A stretch of 60,071 nt of DNA from Elusimicrobiota bacterium. Lineage in GTDB: Bacteria; Elusimicrobiota; Elusimicrobia; UBA1565; UBA9628. The first letter of the stretch is position 1; each line of letters starts with the position of its first letter. A program made the position numbers and the translations under genes. Shown in pieces: positions 1-8,755 of this stretch. The stretch is from contig JACRDS010000113.1 of the NCBI GenBank assembly GCA_016212825.1, positions 1 through 60,071 on the forward strand, written 5' to 3'. Under the pieces are notes generated by a model. It worked only from the letters and a program-made list of their open reading frames with translations, did no database searches and was not told the DNA's origin.

Positions 1-95
1 AGGGCCGCTATGGCCTCGTTCTCGTCGCCGGCCTCGAGGTTGCCCGAGGTCGTCTCGCCCTTGCTGTCCTGGACAGTGTAATTGAAACGGCCCAT
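1..95 (-). CDS. Type IV pilus / T2SS platform protein (PilC/GspF family), 5' end only; continues off the left edge
   Basis: An ATG at 95 on the minus strand opens MGRFNYTVQDSKGETTSGNLEAGDENEAIAAL, a typical GspF/PilC N-terminus. It lies about 96 nt downstream of the ATPase gene in the same orientation. It is absent from the ORF track because there is no stop in the window. Confidence 0.55.
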   Translation of the reverse strand, partial: MGRFNYTVQDSKGETTSGNLEAGDENEAIAA

Positions 96-191
96 ATCAT
101 TTTAAGTGTAACAGGAGGGGTGGGGTTTGTCAATGAGGAGAATGTGAATTCAATATTCTCGCAGGCGCGCGAGCGAAACGGTGCGGAAGGC

Positions 192-1943
192 CTAGTCGCC
201 TTCGATGGTGACGCCCAGGATCTCTTCGAGGGAGGTGACGCCGGCGATGGCCTTGCGCCAGCCGCTGGCGCGCAGGGTCCACATCCCGGCCCGGGCCGCG
301 GCGTCCTTGAGCCGGGCCAGGTCGCCGCCGTACTTGTAGATGATCTCGCGCATCTCGGGAACGACCAGGAAGACCTCGTAGATGGCGGTCCGGCCGGAGT
401 AGCCGGTGCGCGCGCACTTGTCGCAGCCCCGGGGCTCGAAGAAGGTGAGCTTGGTGGGGTCCGGGGCCGGGTTGAGCTGGGACTCCCGGATGCACATCTC
501 CACGTCCTTGGGGTCCGGGGTGAAGACCTTCTTGCAGTGCGGGCAGAGCCGGCGCACCAGGCGCTGGGCGGCCACCACGCAGAGGCTGCTGGAGAGCAGG
601 AAGGGCTCGATGCCCAGGTCGATGAGGCGCACCACCGCGGAGAGGGCGTCGTTGGTGTGCAGGGTGGAGAGCACCAGGTGGCCGGTCAGGGCGGCGCGCA
701 GGCAGGTCTGCGCGGTCTCCTGGTCGCGGACCTCGCCGACGAGGATGACGTCCGGGTCCTGGCGCAGGAAGGAGCGCAGGGCCGCGGCGAAGGTCAGCCC
801 GATGGCGGAGCGCACCTGGACCTGGTTGAGCCCCTCCATCTTGATCTCGACGGGGTCCTCGATGGTCATGAAGTTGAGCTCGGGCGTCTTGATGGTGTTG
901 AGGACCGAGTAGAGGGTGGTGGTCTTGCCCGACCCCGTGGGGCCGGTCAGGAAGAGCAGGCCGTGGGGCCGGCGCGCCCCGACGAGGAAGTCCTCCTTCT
1001 GCCGGGGCTCGAAGCCGATCTTGTCGATGTTGAGCTCCACGGCGCCCTTGTCGAGGATGCGCATGACCACCTTCTCGCCGAACACGGTCGGGCAGATGGA
1101 GACGCGCAGGTCGATGTTGCGGTTCTGGACCTTGATGGAGAACGTGCCGTCCTGGGGCAGGCGGCGTTCCGCGATGTCGAGCTTGGAGAGGATCTTGATG
1201 CGGGAGACCACCCCGTTGAAGTCCTTCTTCAGGGGCGCCATGCGCTCGTAGAGGACCCCGTCGATGCGGAAGCGCAGCATGACGCGCTCGTCGTAGCTCT
1301 CCAGGTGGATGTCCGAGGCCCGCTCGTTGATGGCCTGCTTGAGGATGGCGTTGACCAGGGAGACGATCTGCACGCCCTCGGCGCCCTTGACCATCTGGTC
1401 CAGGTCCACCCGGGTGTCGCCCGCGTTCTCGACCTCCTGCACGTCGTCGACCGAGATGGCGGCCGAGGCCATGGACTTCTCGATCATGCCCTGGCCGCCG
1501 CTGGTGTAGAACTCGTCGATGGCCTTGAGGATCTGCGCGCGCGTGGACACGAAGGGCTGGATCTCCAGCCCCGAGGTCAGGAGCTTGAGGTTGTCGACGA
1601 GCATCATGTCCTCGGGGTTGGTCATGGCCACGGCCAGGACGCTCTCGTCGAGGAAGAGGGGCAGGACGCAGTGGTCCCGGGCGTAGGCCTCGGAGATGAT
1701 GCGCTCCAGGTTCTGCCCCTTCTCGACCTTGAGGATCTTGTTCTCGCGCGAGGCGTAGGGAACGCCCAGCTGCTTGGAGATGGCCACGGCGATGGCCTCG
1801 TCCGTGAGGAAGCCCAGCTTGACCGCGGCCTCGCCGAAGGAGGACTTCGAGGCCGCGGCCGCGCGGGCCGCCTTCTCCCGCTGCTCCGCGGTCAGGACGC
1901 CGCTGCTCAGGAGGATCTCGGGGAGTTCTGGCTTATCGCTCAT
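192..1943 (-). CDS. pilB: Type IV pilus assembly / T2SS ATPase (PilB/GspE family) with N-terminal T2SSE_N-type domain
   Basis: 583-aa ORF. Motifs seen: Walker A GPTGSGKTTT, RRLPQDG, Walker B/Asp box DPDVILVGEVRD, His box TGHLVLSTLHTN, tetracysteine CPHC...CDKC. The N-terminal region (LGFLTDEAIAVAISKQLGVPY) is typical of the GspE/PilB N-domain. Confidence 0.95.
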   Translation of the reverse strand: MSDKPELPEILLSSGVLTAEQREKAARAAAASKSSFGEAAVKLGFLTDEAIAVAISKQLGVPYASRENKILKVEKGQNLERIISEAYARDHCVLPLFLDESVLAVAMTNPEDMMLVDNLKLLTSGLEIQPFVSTRAQILKAIDEFYTSGGQGMIEKSMASAAISVDDVQEVENAGDTRVDLDQMVKGAEGVQIVSLVNAILKQAINERASDIHLESYDERVMLRFRIDGVLYERMAPLKKDFNGVVSRIKILSKLDIAERRLPQDGTFSIKVQNRNIDLRVSICPTVFGEKVVMRILDKGAVELNIDKIGFEPRQKEDFLVGARRPHGLLFLTGPTGSGKTTTLYSVLNTIKTPELNFMTIEDPVEIKMEGLNQVQVRSAIGLTFAAALRSFLRQDPDVILVGEVRDQETAQTCLRAALTGHLVLSTLHTNDALSAVVRLIDLGIEPFLLSSSLCVVAAQRLVRRLCPHCKKVFTPDPKDVEMCIRESQLNPAPDPTKLTFFEPRGCDKCARTGYSGRTAIYEVFLVVPEMREIIYKYGGDLARLKDAAARAGMWTLRASGWRKAIAGVTSLEEILGVTIEGD

Positions 1944-2039
1944 GACCGGGTAAGTATAGCGGACTGGACATAAATGTCAAGACTATGTCCAGGTGCCAGG
2001 CTTCAAGCGCGCCCAGCGCTCACTCGACAAGCCTGGCGC

Positions 2040-3773
2040 CTAGTCGGAGACTATGGTCGGGGTCAGGAAGATGACCAGGTCCGTGTTCTTGCGGATGGTG
2101 TCCGAGCTCGTGAAGAACCAGCCGATGAGCGGTATGTAGCCCAGCAGGGGCACCTTGCGCACGGTCTTGGACTCGGTCGACTGCAGCAGGCCGCCGATGA
2201 CCAGGGTCTGGCCGTTGCGCACGCGCACCAGCGTCGAGGCCGCGCGGCTGACCGGGTCCCAGACGGGGTTGACCTGCGTGGAGATGTTGGAGATCTGGGC
2301 GTCGGTGTAGCTGGGCTGCACGAGCATGGTGATGTAGCCTTCCTTGTTGACCTGGGGCGTCACCTTGAGGACGAGGCCCGTGGTCACGCGCTCGGCGGCA
2401 GCGGTCTGGTTGGTCACGCCCGTCCCTCCTCCGGACTGGGTGAGGTTCCGGCCCACGGCCTGGGACGAGGCGATCTGCATGAGCGCGGGCTTGTTGTTGA
2501 GCGTAAGGATCTTGGGCTTGCCCAGGAACCGGGCCTCGGAGCGCGCCACCAGTGCCCGGAGGGTGATCTGCAGGGAGGTCAGGTCGAGCAGCGAGGAGCG
2601 GATGTTGCTGACGACCGGCCTTATGCCCCACAGGACCTCGTCGGTCTGCGCCTGTCCCGCGTTCCCGCCGCCTCCCCCCGAACCGAGAGAGGTCATGAGG
2701 ATGGACTCACCGGGGACGAACGGGTCGAAGAAGCGCACCTTGGAGAGGTCGGACTGCAGGTTCATGGGGAAGCTGGTGTCGCGCTGGCCGGCCGTGAACT
2801 GGGCCAGCTGGCCGGTCTGGCTTCCCCATTCGAAGCCGATGTTGCGGGTGCGGTTGGAATCGATCTCCACGATCTGGGCCTCGATCATGACCTGCGGCGC
2901 CTTGCGGTCGAGCTCCGCGAGGATCTGCTCGACCTGCGGGAACACCTCGGGGACGTCGGTCACGACCAGGGAGTTGGTGCGCGGCTCCAGGGCCACGTGC
3001 CCGTTTTTCGGGGTCAGGACGCTCTTGAGGACATCCACGATGGCGACGTCGCCGCTGGTGGCCGCCGTCTTGGAGTCTCTGTCGCCCCCGCCGCCTCCTC
3101 CTCCGGCCGCCTGGCCCCCTCCGCTCACCGACAGGGCGGAGGTCTCCTCTGCGGAGCTCTGCAGCGGGATGAGCGGCACGTAGTTCAGGGTGTAGATGCG
3201 GGTGATGACGTTCTCCACGGTCTTGGAGCGCGGCGCCACGACGTAGGTGTTGCTGCGGCCGATCTGCTGGTAGGTCAGACCCTTGATCTCGAGCAGGACC
3301 TGCAGGGCCTCGCGCACGGAGACGTTCTGCAGGAAGGCCGTCACGCGCTTGGCTTCCAGCCCTTCGGTCACGATGAAGTTGACGTGGGCCTGGGCCTGGA
3401 TGGTGTCGAGGAAGGTCTCCAGCGGCGCGCCCTTGACGCGCACGGTGACCCGGGTCTCCAGGGGCGAGGTGGGCGCCGCCGGGGCCGGACGCGCGGCCCC
3501 GCCCGTCCCGATCTGCACGCCCTGCACGCTGCGCGGAGAGGGGGCCTCCACCTCGCGCACGGTCGGCGTCTCGGCGGTCGGGGTGCCGTCGATGGGGGCT
3601 CCGCCGGTCGCGGAGGACCCGCCGAGCTGCTGCTGGAACTGCGGGTTGGCCTCAGGTTCGCCGCGGCGCCGCTGCGCCTGCGCCGAGGGGACGGTCCCCG
3701 TCATGAGCGCGAGCGCCGCCGCGCCGGCCAGCGCGCGCTTCAGGAGTCCGGGTCTGCGTTGATGTCTGTTCAT
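2040..3773 (-). CDS. pilQ: Secretin (PilQ/GspD family outer-membrane channel)
   Basis: 577-aa ORF with a signal peptide. It has N-domains followed by a C-terminal secretin domain (IEAQIVEID...NIGFEWG, VTPQVNKEGYITM, VRVRNGQTLVIGGLL...VPLLGYIPLIGWFF...LVIFLTPTIV). Confidence 0.9.
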   Translation of the reverse strand: MNRHQRRPGLLKRALAGAAALALMTGTVPSAQAQRRRGEPEANPQFQQQLGGSSATGGAPIDGTPTAETPTVREVEAPSPRSVQGVQIGTGGAARPAPAAPTSPLETRVTVRVKGAPLETFLDTIQAQAHVNFIVTEGLEAKRVTAFLQNVSVREALQVLLEIKGLTYQQIGRSNTYVVAPRSKTVENVITRIYTLNYVPLIPLQSSAEETSALSVSGGGQAAGGGGGGGDRDSKTAATSGDVAIVDVLKSVLTPKNGHVALEPRTNSLVVTDVPEVFPQVEQILAELDRKAPQVMIEAQIVEIDSNRTRNIGFEWGSQTGQLAQFTAGQRDTSFPMNLQSDLSKVRFFDPFVPGESILMTSLGSGGGGGNAGQAQTDEVLWGIRPVVSNIRSSLLDLTSLQITLRALVARSEARFLGKPKILTLNNKPALMQIASSQAVGRNLTQSGGGTGVTNQTAAAERVTTGLVLKVTPQVNKEGYITMLVQPSYTDAQISNISTQVNPVWDPVSRAASTLVRVRNGQTLVIGGLLQSTESKTVRKVPLLGYIPLIGWFFTSSDTIRKNTDLVIFLTPTIVSD

Positions 3774-3788
3774 GTTGTCCCCCCACCG

Positions 3789-4523
3789 TCACCGGCTCAC
3801 CGACTTGTTAAATCTCTTGTCCTTGAACGCGAAGGCCACGCCCTGGGTCGTGATGCGCATGATCTTGACCGTTCCGGCCGAGGTCTTCACCAGGTCGCCC
3901 TCGCCCACCACCTCGTTGTTCACGATGGCCTTGTTGGTCCCGCCCGCGGAGACGATGCCCTGGAGGTCGATGAGCTTCTCGATCTGGACCTGCGGCTTGT
4001 GCGCGGGCTTGGCCCGCTGCTCGGCGGCCTCCTGCAGCTCCTGCAGCCGGATCTGCTTCTCCAGCTCCATCTGCTCCATGCGCACCTGGTCGTAGGGCGA
4101 GAGGGTCGGGTCCCGCCAGGCCAGGAAGGTGTTGATCAGGGAGCCTGTGGAGCCCGCCACCGCAGCGTCCGCGTCCGCCGCCTGGTCCGGCAGGCCCGGC
4201 GGGACGGAGGCTTCGGCCGGCGCGGCGTCCGGCGGCGGAGCCTCGCCGGGCGGGACGGCCGCGGCCGGGAGGCCGGCCGCGGGCGCGGAGGAGGACGACG
4301 CGGGCTGCGCCGTCGCGGGGGGCGCGGCCTGCGCGATGGGGTTGACCAGCTTGTCCTTCTTCGGGGAGTTCTGGAACAGCCCGGTCTCCGAGAGACGGAC
4401 CTTCATGCTCAGGGCCTTCTTCTTCTCCAGGTCGAGGTGCGTGTACCACTGGTAGAAGAGCACCCCGGGGACGGCCAGGGCGAAGGCCAGGATCAGCCAG
4501 CCGACAGAGCTCTTGGTCGCCAT
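3789..4523 (-). CDS. PilP/GspC-like pilus alignment protein (N-terminal TM, Ala/Pro-rich linker, C-terminal beta domain)
   Basis: 244 aa. TM helix WLILAFALAVPGVLFY, a P/A-rich spacer, and a C-terminal IDLQGIVSAGGTNKAIVNNEVVGEGDLV...VKIMRITTQGVAF resembling the PilP/GspB/GspC secretin-binding domain. It sits between the PilO-like and secretin genes. Confidence 0.6.
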   Translation of the reverse strand: MATKSSVGWLILAFALAVPGVLFYQWYTHLDLEKKKALSMKVRLSETGLFQNSPKKDKLVNPIAQAAPPATAQPASSSSAPAAGLPAAAVPPGEAPPPDAAPAEASVPPGLPDQAADADAAVAGSTGSLINTFLAWRDPTLSPYDQVRMEQMELEKQIRLQELQEAAEQRAKPAHKPQVQIEKLIDLQGIVSAGGTNKAIVNNEVVGEGDLVKTSAGTVKIMRITTQGVAFAFKDKRFNKSVSR

Positions 4524-4524
4524 T

Positions 4525-5106
4525 TCAGTGCCGCTCCGTCAAGATGATGGTGCTGAGCGTGCAGTTCGCTTCGTTGCTCCCGATCGGGGCCTGCTTCTTG
4601 GTGAGGTCGAGGACGCTGATGTGGATGGCCGGCTTGTTGGCCTCCAGCCGGGCCAGGAAGGCCAGGAGCTCCGGGAACTTGACGCGGATGTTGATGCCCA
4701 GGTTCTGGACGACGCCCCCCGTCATCTCCGTCTCGTTCGGGGGGTTGAAGCTCGTGGACACGATGCCTTCGCTGCGCAGGGCCTCCTTGACCGTCTCGAA
4801 GAGGAGGTCGGCGCGGTCCTGGGGCCGGGGCAGCAGGGCGTAAGTCTCGTCGAGGCGCTGCTTGAGCTCCTTGTAGGTGTCCGCGTGCTTGGCCGCGTTG
4901 CGGGACACCTGCAGCTCGCCGCCGACCTCGGCCAGCCGCTGCTCGGCCTTGGTGTAGACCATGAAGTAGGAGACGGCGGGCATGGCGATGGCGACGACCA
5001 GCATGCGGCCGAACCGGGAGGTGCCTTTGTCCTTGAGGGTGCCCATGACGAGCTTGAGCTCGTCCTGGATCTTCTGGATGACGGCGCTGAGATTGACCTT
5101 GACCAT
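4525..5106 (-). CDS. pilO: PilO/GspM-like pilus alignment protein
   Basis: 193 aa with a single TM (MLVVAIAMPAVSYFMVY), a coiled-coil segment and an alpha/beta C-terminal domain. There is a 1-nt gap to the downstream gene. Position matches pilMNOPQ order. Confidence 0.65.
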   Translation of the reverse strand: MVKVNLSAVIQKIQDELKLVMGTLKDKGTSRFGRMLVVAIAMPAVSYFMVYTKAEQRLAEVGGELQVSRNAAKHADTYKELKQRLDETYALLPRPQDRADLLFETVKEALRSEGIVSTSFNPPNETEMTGGVVQNLGINIRVKFPELLAFLARLEANKPAIHISVLDLTKKQAPIGSNEANCTLSTIILTERH

Positions 5107-5109
5107 GGC

Positions 5110-6741
5110 TCATCTCCCCTTGGTGCCGGTCAGGGTGAAGGTGGTGCGGTCCTCGATCTTGCGGATGTGCTCCTCGGAGTTGGCCGCGGCGCCCGTCTCC
5201 AGGCCGGCCGGGTCGGCCGCCTGCACGGTCATCTTGAGGTCGGGGAAGAGCTTCCCGGCCGCCGGGGTCTTGGCCAGCTGGTCCCGGAACCGGAAGCTCA
5301 GGTCCTGCTCGTTGGCCGTGTTCTCCCCGACCGCGTGGCCGGTGATGCTCAGGCTGGGGGCGTTGCCGACGCCGAAGGCCGCCGGCCGGTTCACGAGGAG
5401 CTTGAAGATGAACGACTTCTCGGGGAGCGTCTCCACCACGTCCTTGAGGATGTCGGTCATCCGAATCCGGTCCTGCCCGCAGAGGGTCAGCGTCAGTTCG
5501 TTCTGCGCCCGCATCTTGCGGAACATCTCCTGGATGTCGTTCTCGCTCTTGCCGCGGAAGACCTCCTCGACCTGTCGGTCGCGCTGCAGGGACCGGAACT
5601 CGCGGGCCTTGTAGATGTAGGCGGCGAACTTGAGGAGCCCCATGAGGAGGAGGCCCGCGGTGAAGAGCGCGCTGGCGGCGAGGAAGTCCCGGGCCACGGT
5701 CTTCTCGTCCTCGGTGACGCGCCCGATGGCTCCGAGGTCCAGGAAGACGGTGCTGGGGACCTGGAAGCGCAGGGAGGCCCCGATGGCCGAGTAGCCCCCC
5801 CAGTCGCCGCTCTTGATGCCCAGCAGGGCCGGGGTGTCCTGGACGGCGACCGGCAGGCCCAGCTCGCGGGAGAAGGCGTCCTTCCAGGCGGCGAGGTTGG
5901 CGGTGGAGCCGCTGACGGAGATCCCGCCCAGCGCGCCCACGGCCAGCTGCTTCTGGGAGAAGGTGATGCAGCCGCCCAGGTCGAGCTTGCGCTGGTCCGC
6001 CAGGTTGGCTTCCTCGCCGAGGAAGACCTCGCGGAAGAAGACCGGGAAACCCTTGTCCGCCACCAGGATGCGCACGTTGCCGCCGTCGAAATGGACATGG
6101 CAGTACGCAGCCCCGGAGGTCCCGGGGCTCAGGACCTGCCAGAGCTTGAGCGTCGAGCACGGGGCGACCTCCATGCCCGCGATGGAGAGGCCGAGCCCCT
6201 GCAGCATGGCCGAGATGTTGGCCAGGTTCTGCTTCTGGGTCACGGCGATCAGGGTGCCCTGGCGGGCCCGGTTGCTGGAGTCGTGCGGCAGGGGGATGCA
6301 TTGGTAGTCGTAGTTCAGGGCCTCGAAGGGGATGGGGATGTACTTCTTGGCCTCCACCGGCACGGCGGATTTCCAGAAGCGGCGCTCGATGGCCGGCATG
6401 GTGAAGTAGCGCAGCAGGCCCAGGTGATGGGAGAGCGTGACCATCACGTTCTTGCTGCTCCACTTGAACTGGGACATGGACTGCTGGATGAGCCCGCCCA
6501 GCTTCTGGTTCTCCGTGAGGAAGCTCGTGTTGAGGGTGCCCGTCATGGTCCCGGCGGACTTGCCTTCGGGGACCGGGACCGGGATGCGGACGAGGTGCTC
6601 CACGCGCAGCTTGCCGGACCGGTCCAGGCTGGTCTGGGCGATGTAGATGGTGTCGGGGCTCAGGTACATCCCCAGGCTCGAGCTGAGCTTGGGCGTCGTC
6701 TTGCCGAAGGCCACGCTCTCTATGAGGCCATCCCAGTTCAT
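5110..6741 (-). CDS. Fused PilM-PilN (GspL-like) pilus alignment protein
   Basis: 543 aa. The N-terminal ~330 aa is an actin-like PilM fold (IPIPFEALNYDY, GLSIAGMEVAPCSTLKL, HVHFDGGNVRILV). This is followed by a TM helix (FLAASALFTAGLLLMGLL) and a PilN-like periplasmic tail. Its ATGA overlaps the upstream gene at 6738-6741. Confidence 0.75.
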   Translation of the reverse strand: MNWDGLIESVAFGKTTPKLSSSLGMYLSPDTIYIAQTSLDRSGKLRVEHLVRIPVPVPEGKSAGTMTGTLNTSFLTENQKLGGLIQQSMSQFKWSSKNVMVTLSHHLGLLRYFTMPAIERRFWKSAVPVEAKKYIPIPFEALNYDYQCIPLPHDSSNRARQGTLIAVTQKQNLANISAMLQGLGLSIAGMEVAPCSTLKLWQVLSPGTSGAAYCHVHFDGGNVRILVADKGFPVFFREVFLGEEANLADQRKLDLGGCITFSQKQLAVGALGGISVSGSTANLAAWKDAFSRELGLPVAVQDTPALLGIKSGDWGGYSAIGASLRFQVPSTVFLDLGAIGRVTEDEKTVARDFLAASALFTAGLLLMGLLKFAAYIYKAREFRSLQRDRQVEEVFRGKSENDIQEMFRKMRAQNELTLTLCGQDRIRMTDILKDVVETLPEKSFIFKLLVNRPAAFGVGNAPSLSITGHAVGENTANEQDLSFRFRDQLAKTPAAGKLFPDLKMTVQAADPAGLETGAAANSEEHIRKIEDRTTFTLTGTKGR

Positions 6742-8699
6742 CTCTGCTCCTTGCCCGCCAGGCGCACCTCGACTTTGCGGGCGTCGACGTCCTCCGGGAC
6801 CTCGGAGCGCACCTGTATGCGCTTGGGCTCCAGCTGGTACTTGTTGATGAGCAGTCCCGCGACCATCTGGGCGCGCCGCTCGGCCAGCCGCGGGGCGTCG
6901 GCCTCCTGGGCGGAGGCGAATCCCAGGAGGTCTATCTCCTTCTTGGGATCGCCCGCCGCGGCGTCCGCGACCCGGGCCAGGACCTTCTCGCCTTCCGGAG
7001 TCATCTGATGCGTCCCGACCTTGAAAGGGATCACGGAGAGCCCCGGGAGGGCCGCCGCTTTCTCCGCCTTGGGAGCCGCCTCGGGCGCGTCCACGGGGGA
7101 CTCCGCGGCGGCCGGCTCGGCTTCCGGCTTGGGCGCGGGCGCGGCCTTGGCCGCCGGCTTGGCCTTGGCCGCCGGCTTGCCCTGGCGTCCTCTCTTGGGC
7201 CCCTTGCGCGCGGCGGCGCGCGGCGGCTTCTTGATCTGGACGGAGCGCACCGGGGTCTTCTCCTCTTTAAGGAGAGTCTCGCCCTGGCCCGGAAGCTCCA
7301 CGACCGGCTTGGCCGGGGCTGCGGGCTTGGCCGCGGCGGCAGGCTGGGCCGGGGGCGCCTCCTTCTTGGGCGCCGGCGCGCCGGCCGTAAGGGAGTCCGT
7401 CCGGCCGGCACCGGCGGAACCTCCGATACCGCCGGCGGCCGGACCCGGCGCCAGGACGTTGATCCAGCGGTGCAGGGTGCGGGTGCGGTTCTTGGCGTCG
7501 GTGGCCGAGAGGATGCACTCGTAGCGCCCTCCCGGCAGCACGGCTCCGAAGTAGTTCTGCCTGCCGTTCCAGTAGATCTGGTGGAAGGCCGGCCCTCCCG
7601 AAGTGACCTCCTGCAGGGGCGCCAGCTCGGTCCCGTCGGCGGAGGGCTGCAGGAGCTGGAAGCGCCAGGACACCAGGCCGGCGGGCGGGTCCGAGACGGA
7701 GAACTCGATGACCGCCCCCTCGCCGTCCTCGGTGCGGATGGCCTGCGGATACACGCCCAGGCTGATGGGCGGCCCGGCCTCCTCGCCCAGGGAGCTCTCC
7801 ACGACCAGCTCCAGGGGGCGGTTGTAGATGAAGATGAGGACGATGCCCTTGAAATCCTTCAGGGTCTTGGGCATGTCCACCTGGCTGCTGAGCAGGTTCA
7901 CCCGGACCCGCGGCACCGCGACCCCGGCGCCGAAGAGGTGGGCGCTGACGCCCATGCCGCGGCGCATGTCCAGGACCTTGGCGTCCCCCACGCCCGCGCC
8001 CTCGGGCAGGATCACCACCTGGGTGCTGCCCAGGCTGAAGACCAGGCGGGTCAGGGAGTCGAGCAGGGGGCCGGCGTCCTTGTTGAACGAGATCCCGGAT
8101 GTGAAGAACAGGGGCGAGGGGATGGCCACGGCCTGCGGGTCGCCGTTCTCGAGCATGGGCACGCGCACGCCCTCGAAGGACTTGAGCTCCTTGAGGCTGG
8201 TCTCCAGCAGGTGCCGGAGCTTGGCCCGGATCTCCTTCTTCATCAGGTCGCGGTTGGCCGTCGGCATCGGGGCGTCGGCGCGCACCAGGGGGCGCACCGC
8301 CGCCGCCGGCGCCGCGGCGGGGACCGCCGCGAGCTCCACGGCTGCGCCCTCGGGTTCGGGGGCGCGCGGCGCCGGCCTGACGGCGGGCGCCTTCTCCACG
8401 TCCTCGATCTGGGTGGCGGGCGGCGGGGACGGGCGCTTGAAATCCTTGGTGCCGACGTTCATGCGGTGCGTGATCAGGTTGAGGTATTCGTTGGCCATGG
8501 CCCGTTCCGCCGGGTCGCCCTTGACCAGGATGTCCATGAACCGGTCCATGGCCTGCATGTCGTCGCCGCGCTCATAGAACATGACGGCGGTCTTCATCGT
8601 CCGGCTCGTCCCCGCGTCGGAAGCCTCGTCGCTCTGGGCGAGCGCCGCGGCCGCGCAGAGCGCGGTGACGGGCAGGACCCAGAGTGCGCGAAATCTCAT
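6738..8699 (-). CDS. Secreted multidomain OmpA-family (peptidoglycan-binding) protein, first gene of the pilus operon
   Basis: 653 aa with a signal peptide (ALAQS). It has an internal OmpA-like segment (AIPSPLFFTSGISFNKDAGPLLDSL), an Ig-like segment (IYWNGRQNYFGAVLPGGRYECILSATD), a Lys/Ala/Pro-rich tract and a C-terminal OmpA domain (FKVGTHQMTPEGEKVL...LLGFAS...RLAERRAQMVAGLL). Confidence 0.75.
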   Translation of the reverse strand: MRFRALWVLPVTALCAAAALAQSDEASDAGTSRTMKTAVMFYERGDDMQAMDRFMDILVKGDPAERAMANEYLNLITHRMNVGTKDFKRPSPPPATQIEDVEKAPAVRPAPRAPEPEGAAVELAAVPAAAPAAAVRPLVRADAPMPTANRDLMKKEIRAKLRHLLETSLKELKSFEGVRVPMLENGDPQAVAIPSPLFFTSGISFNKDAGPLLDSLTRLVFSLGSTQVVILPEGAGVGDAKVLDMRRGMGVSAHLFGAGVAVPRVRVNLLSSQVDMPKTLKDFKGIVLIFIYNRPLELVVESSLGEEAGPPISLGVYPQAIRTEDGEGAVIEFSVSDPPAGLVSWRFQLLQPSADGTELAPLQEVTSGGPAFHQIYWNGRQNYFGAVLPGGRYECILSATDAKNRTRTLHRWINVLAPGPAAGGIGGSAGAGRTDSLTAGAPAPKKEAPPAQPAAAAKPAAPAKPVVELPGQGETLLKEEKTPVRSVQIKKPPRAAARKGPKRGRQGKPAAKAKPAAKAAPAPKPEAEPAAAESPVDAPEAAPKAEKAAALPGLSVIPFKVGTHQMTPEGEKVLARVADAAAGDPKKEIDLLGFASAQEADAPRLAERRAQMVAGLLINKYQLEPKRIQVRSEVPEDVDARKVEVRLAGKEQR

Positions 8700-8755
8700 G
8701 TAAATAGCGATGCAAGCCGCCTCTGGATAAATCTTAGTTAAAGGCCATTACTGAT

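Noticed and set aside
120-8741. Long ORFs on the opposite strand or in other frames across the pilus operon (120..1973 +, 1974..4547 +, 4493..6463 -, 4513..7008 +, 7008..8741 +, and many 60-280 aa ORFs).
   Set aside because: Their translations are dominated by Arg/Gly/Ala/Pro/Asp/Leu/Val runs with no recognisable motifs, as expected for out-of-frame reading of GC-rich DNA. Each is fully overlapped by a minus-strand ORF with clear family motifs (ATPase, secretin, PilM and others).
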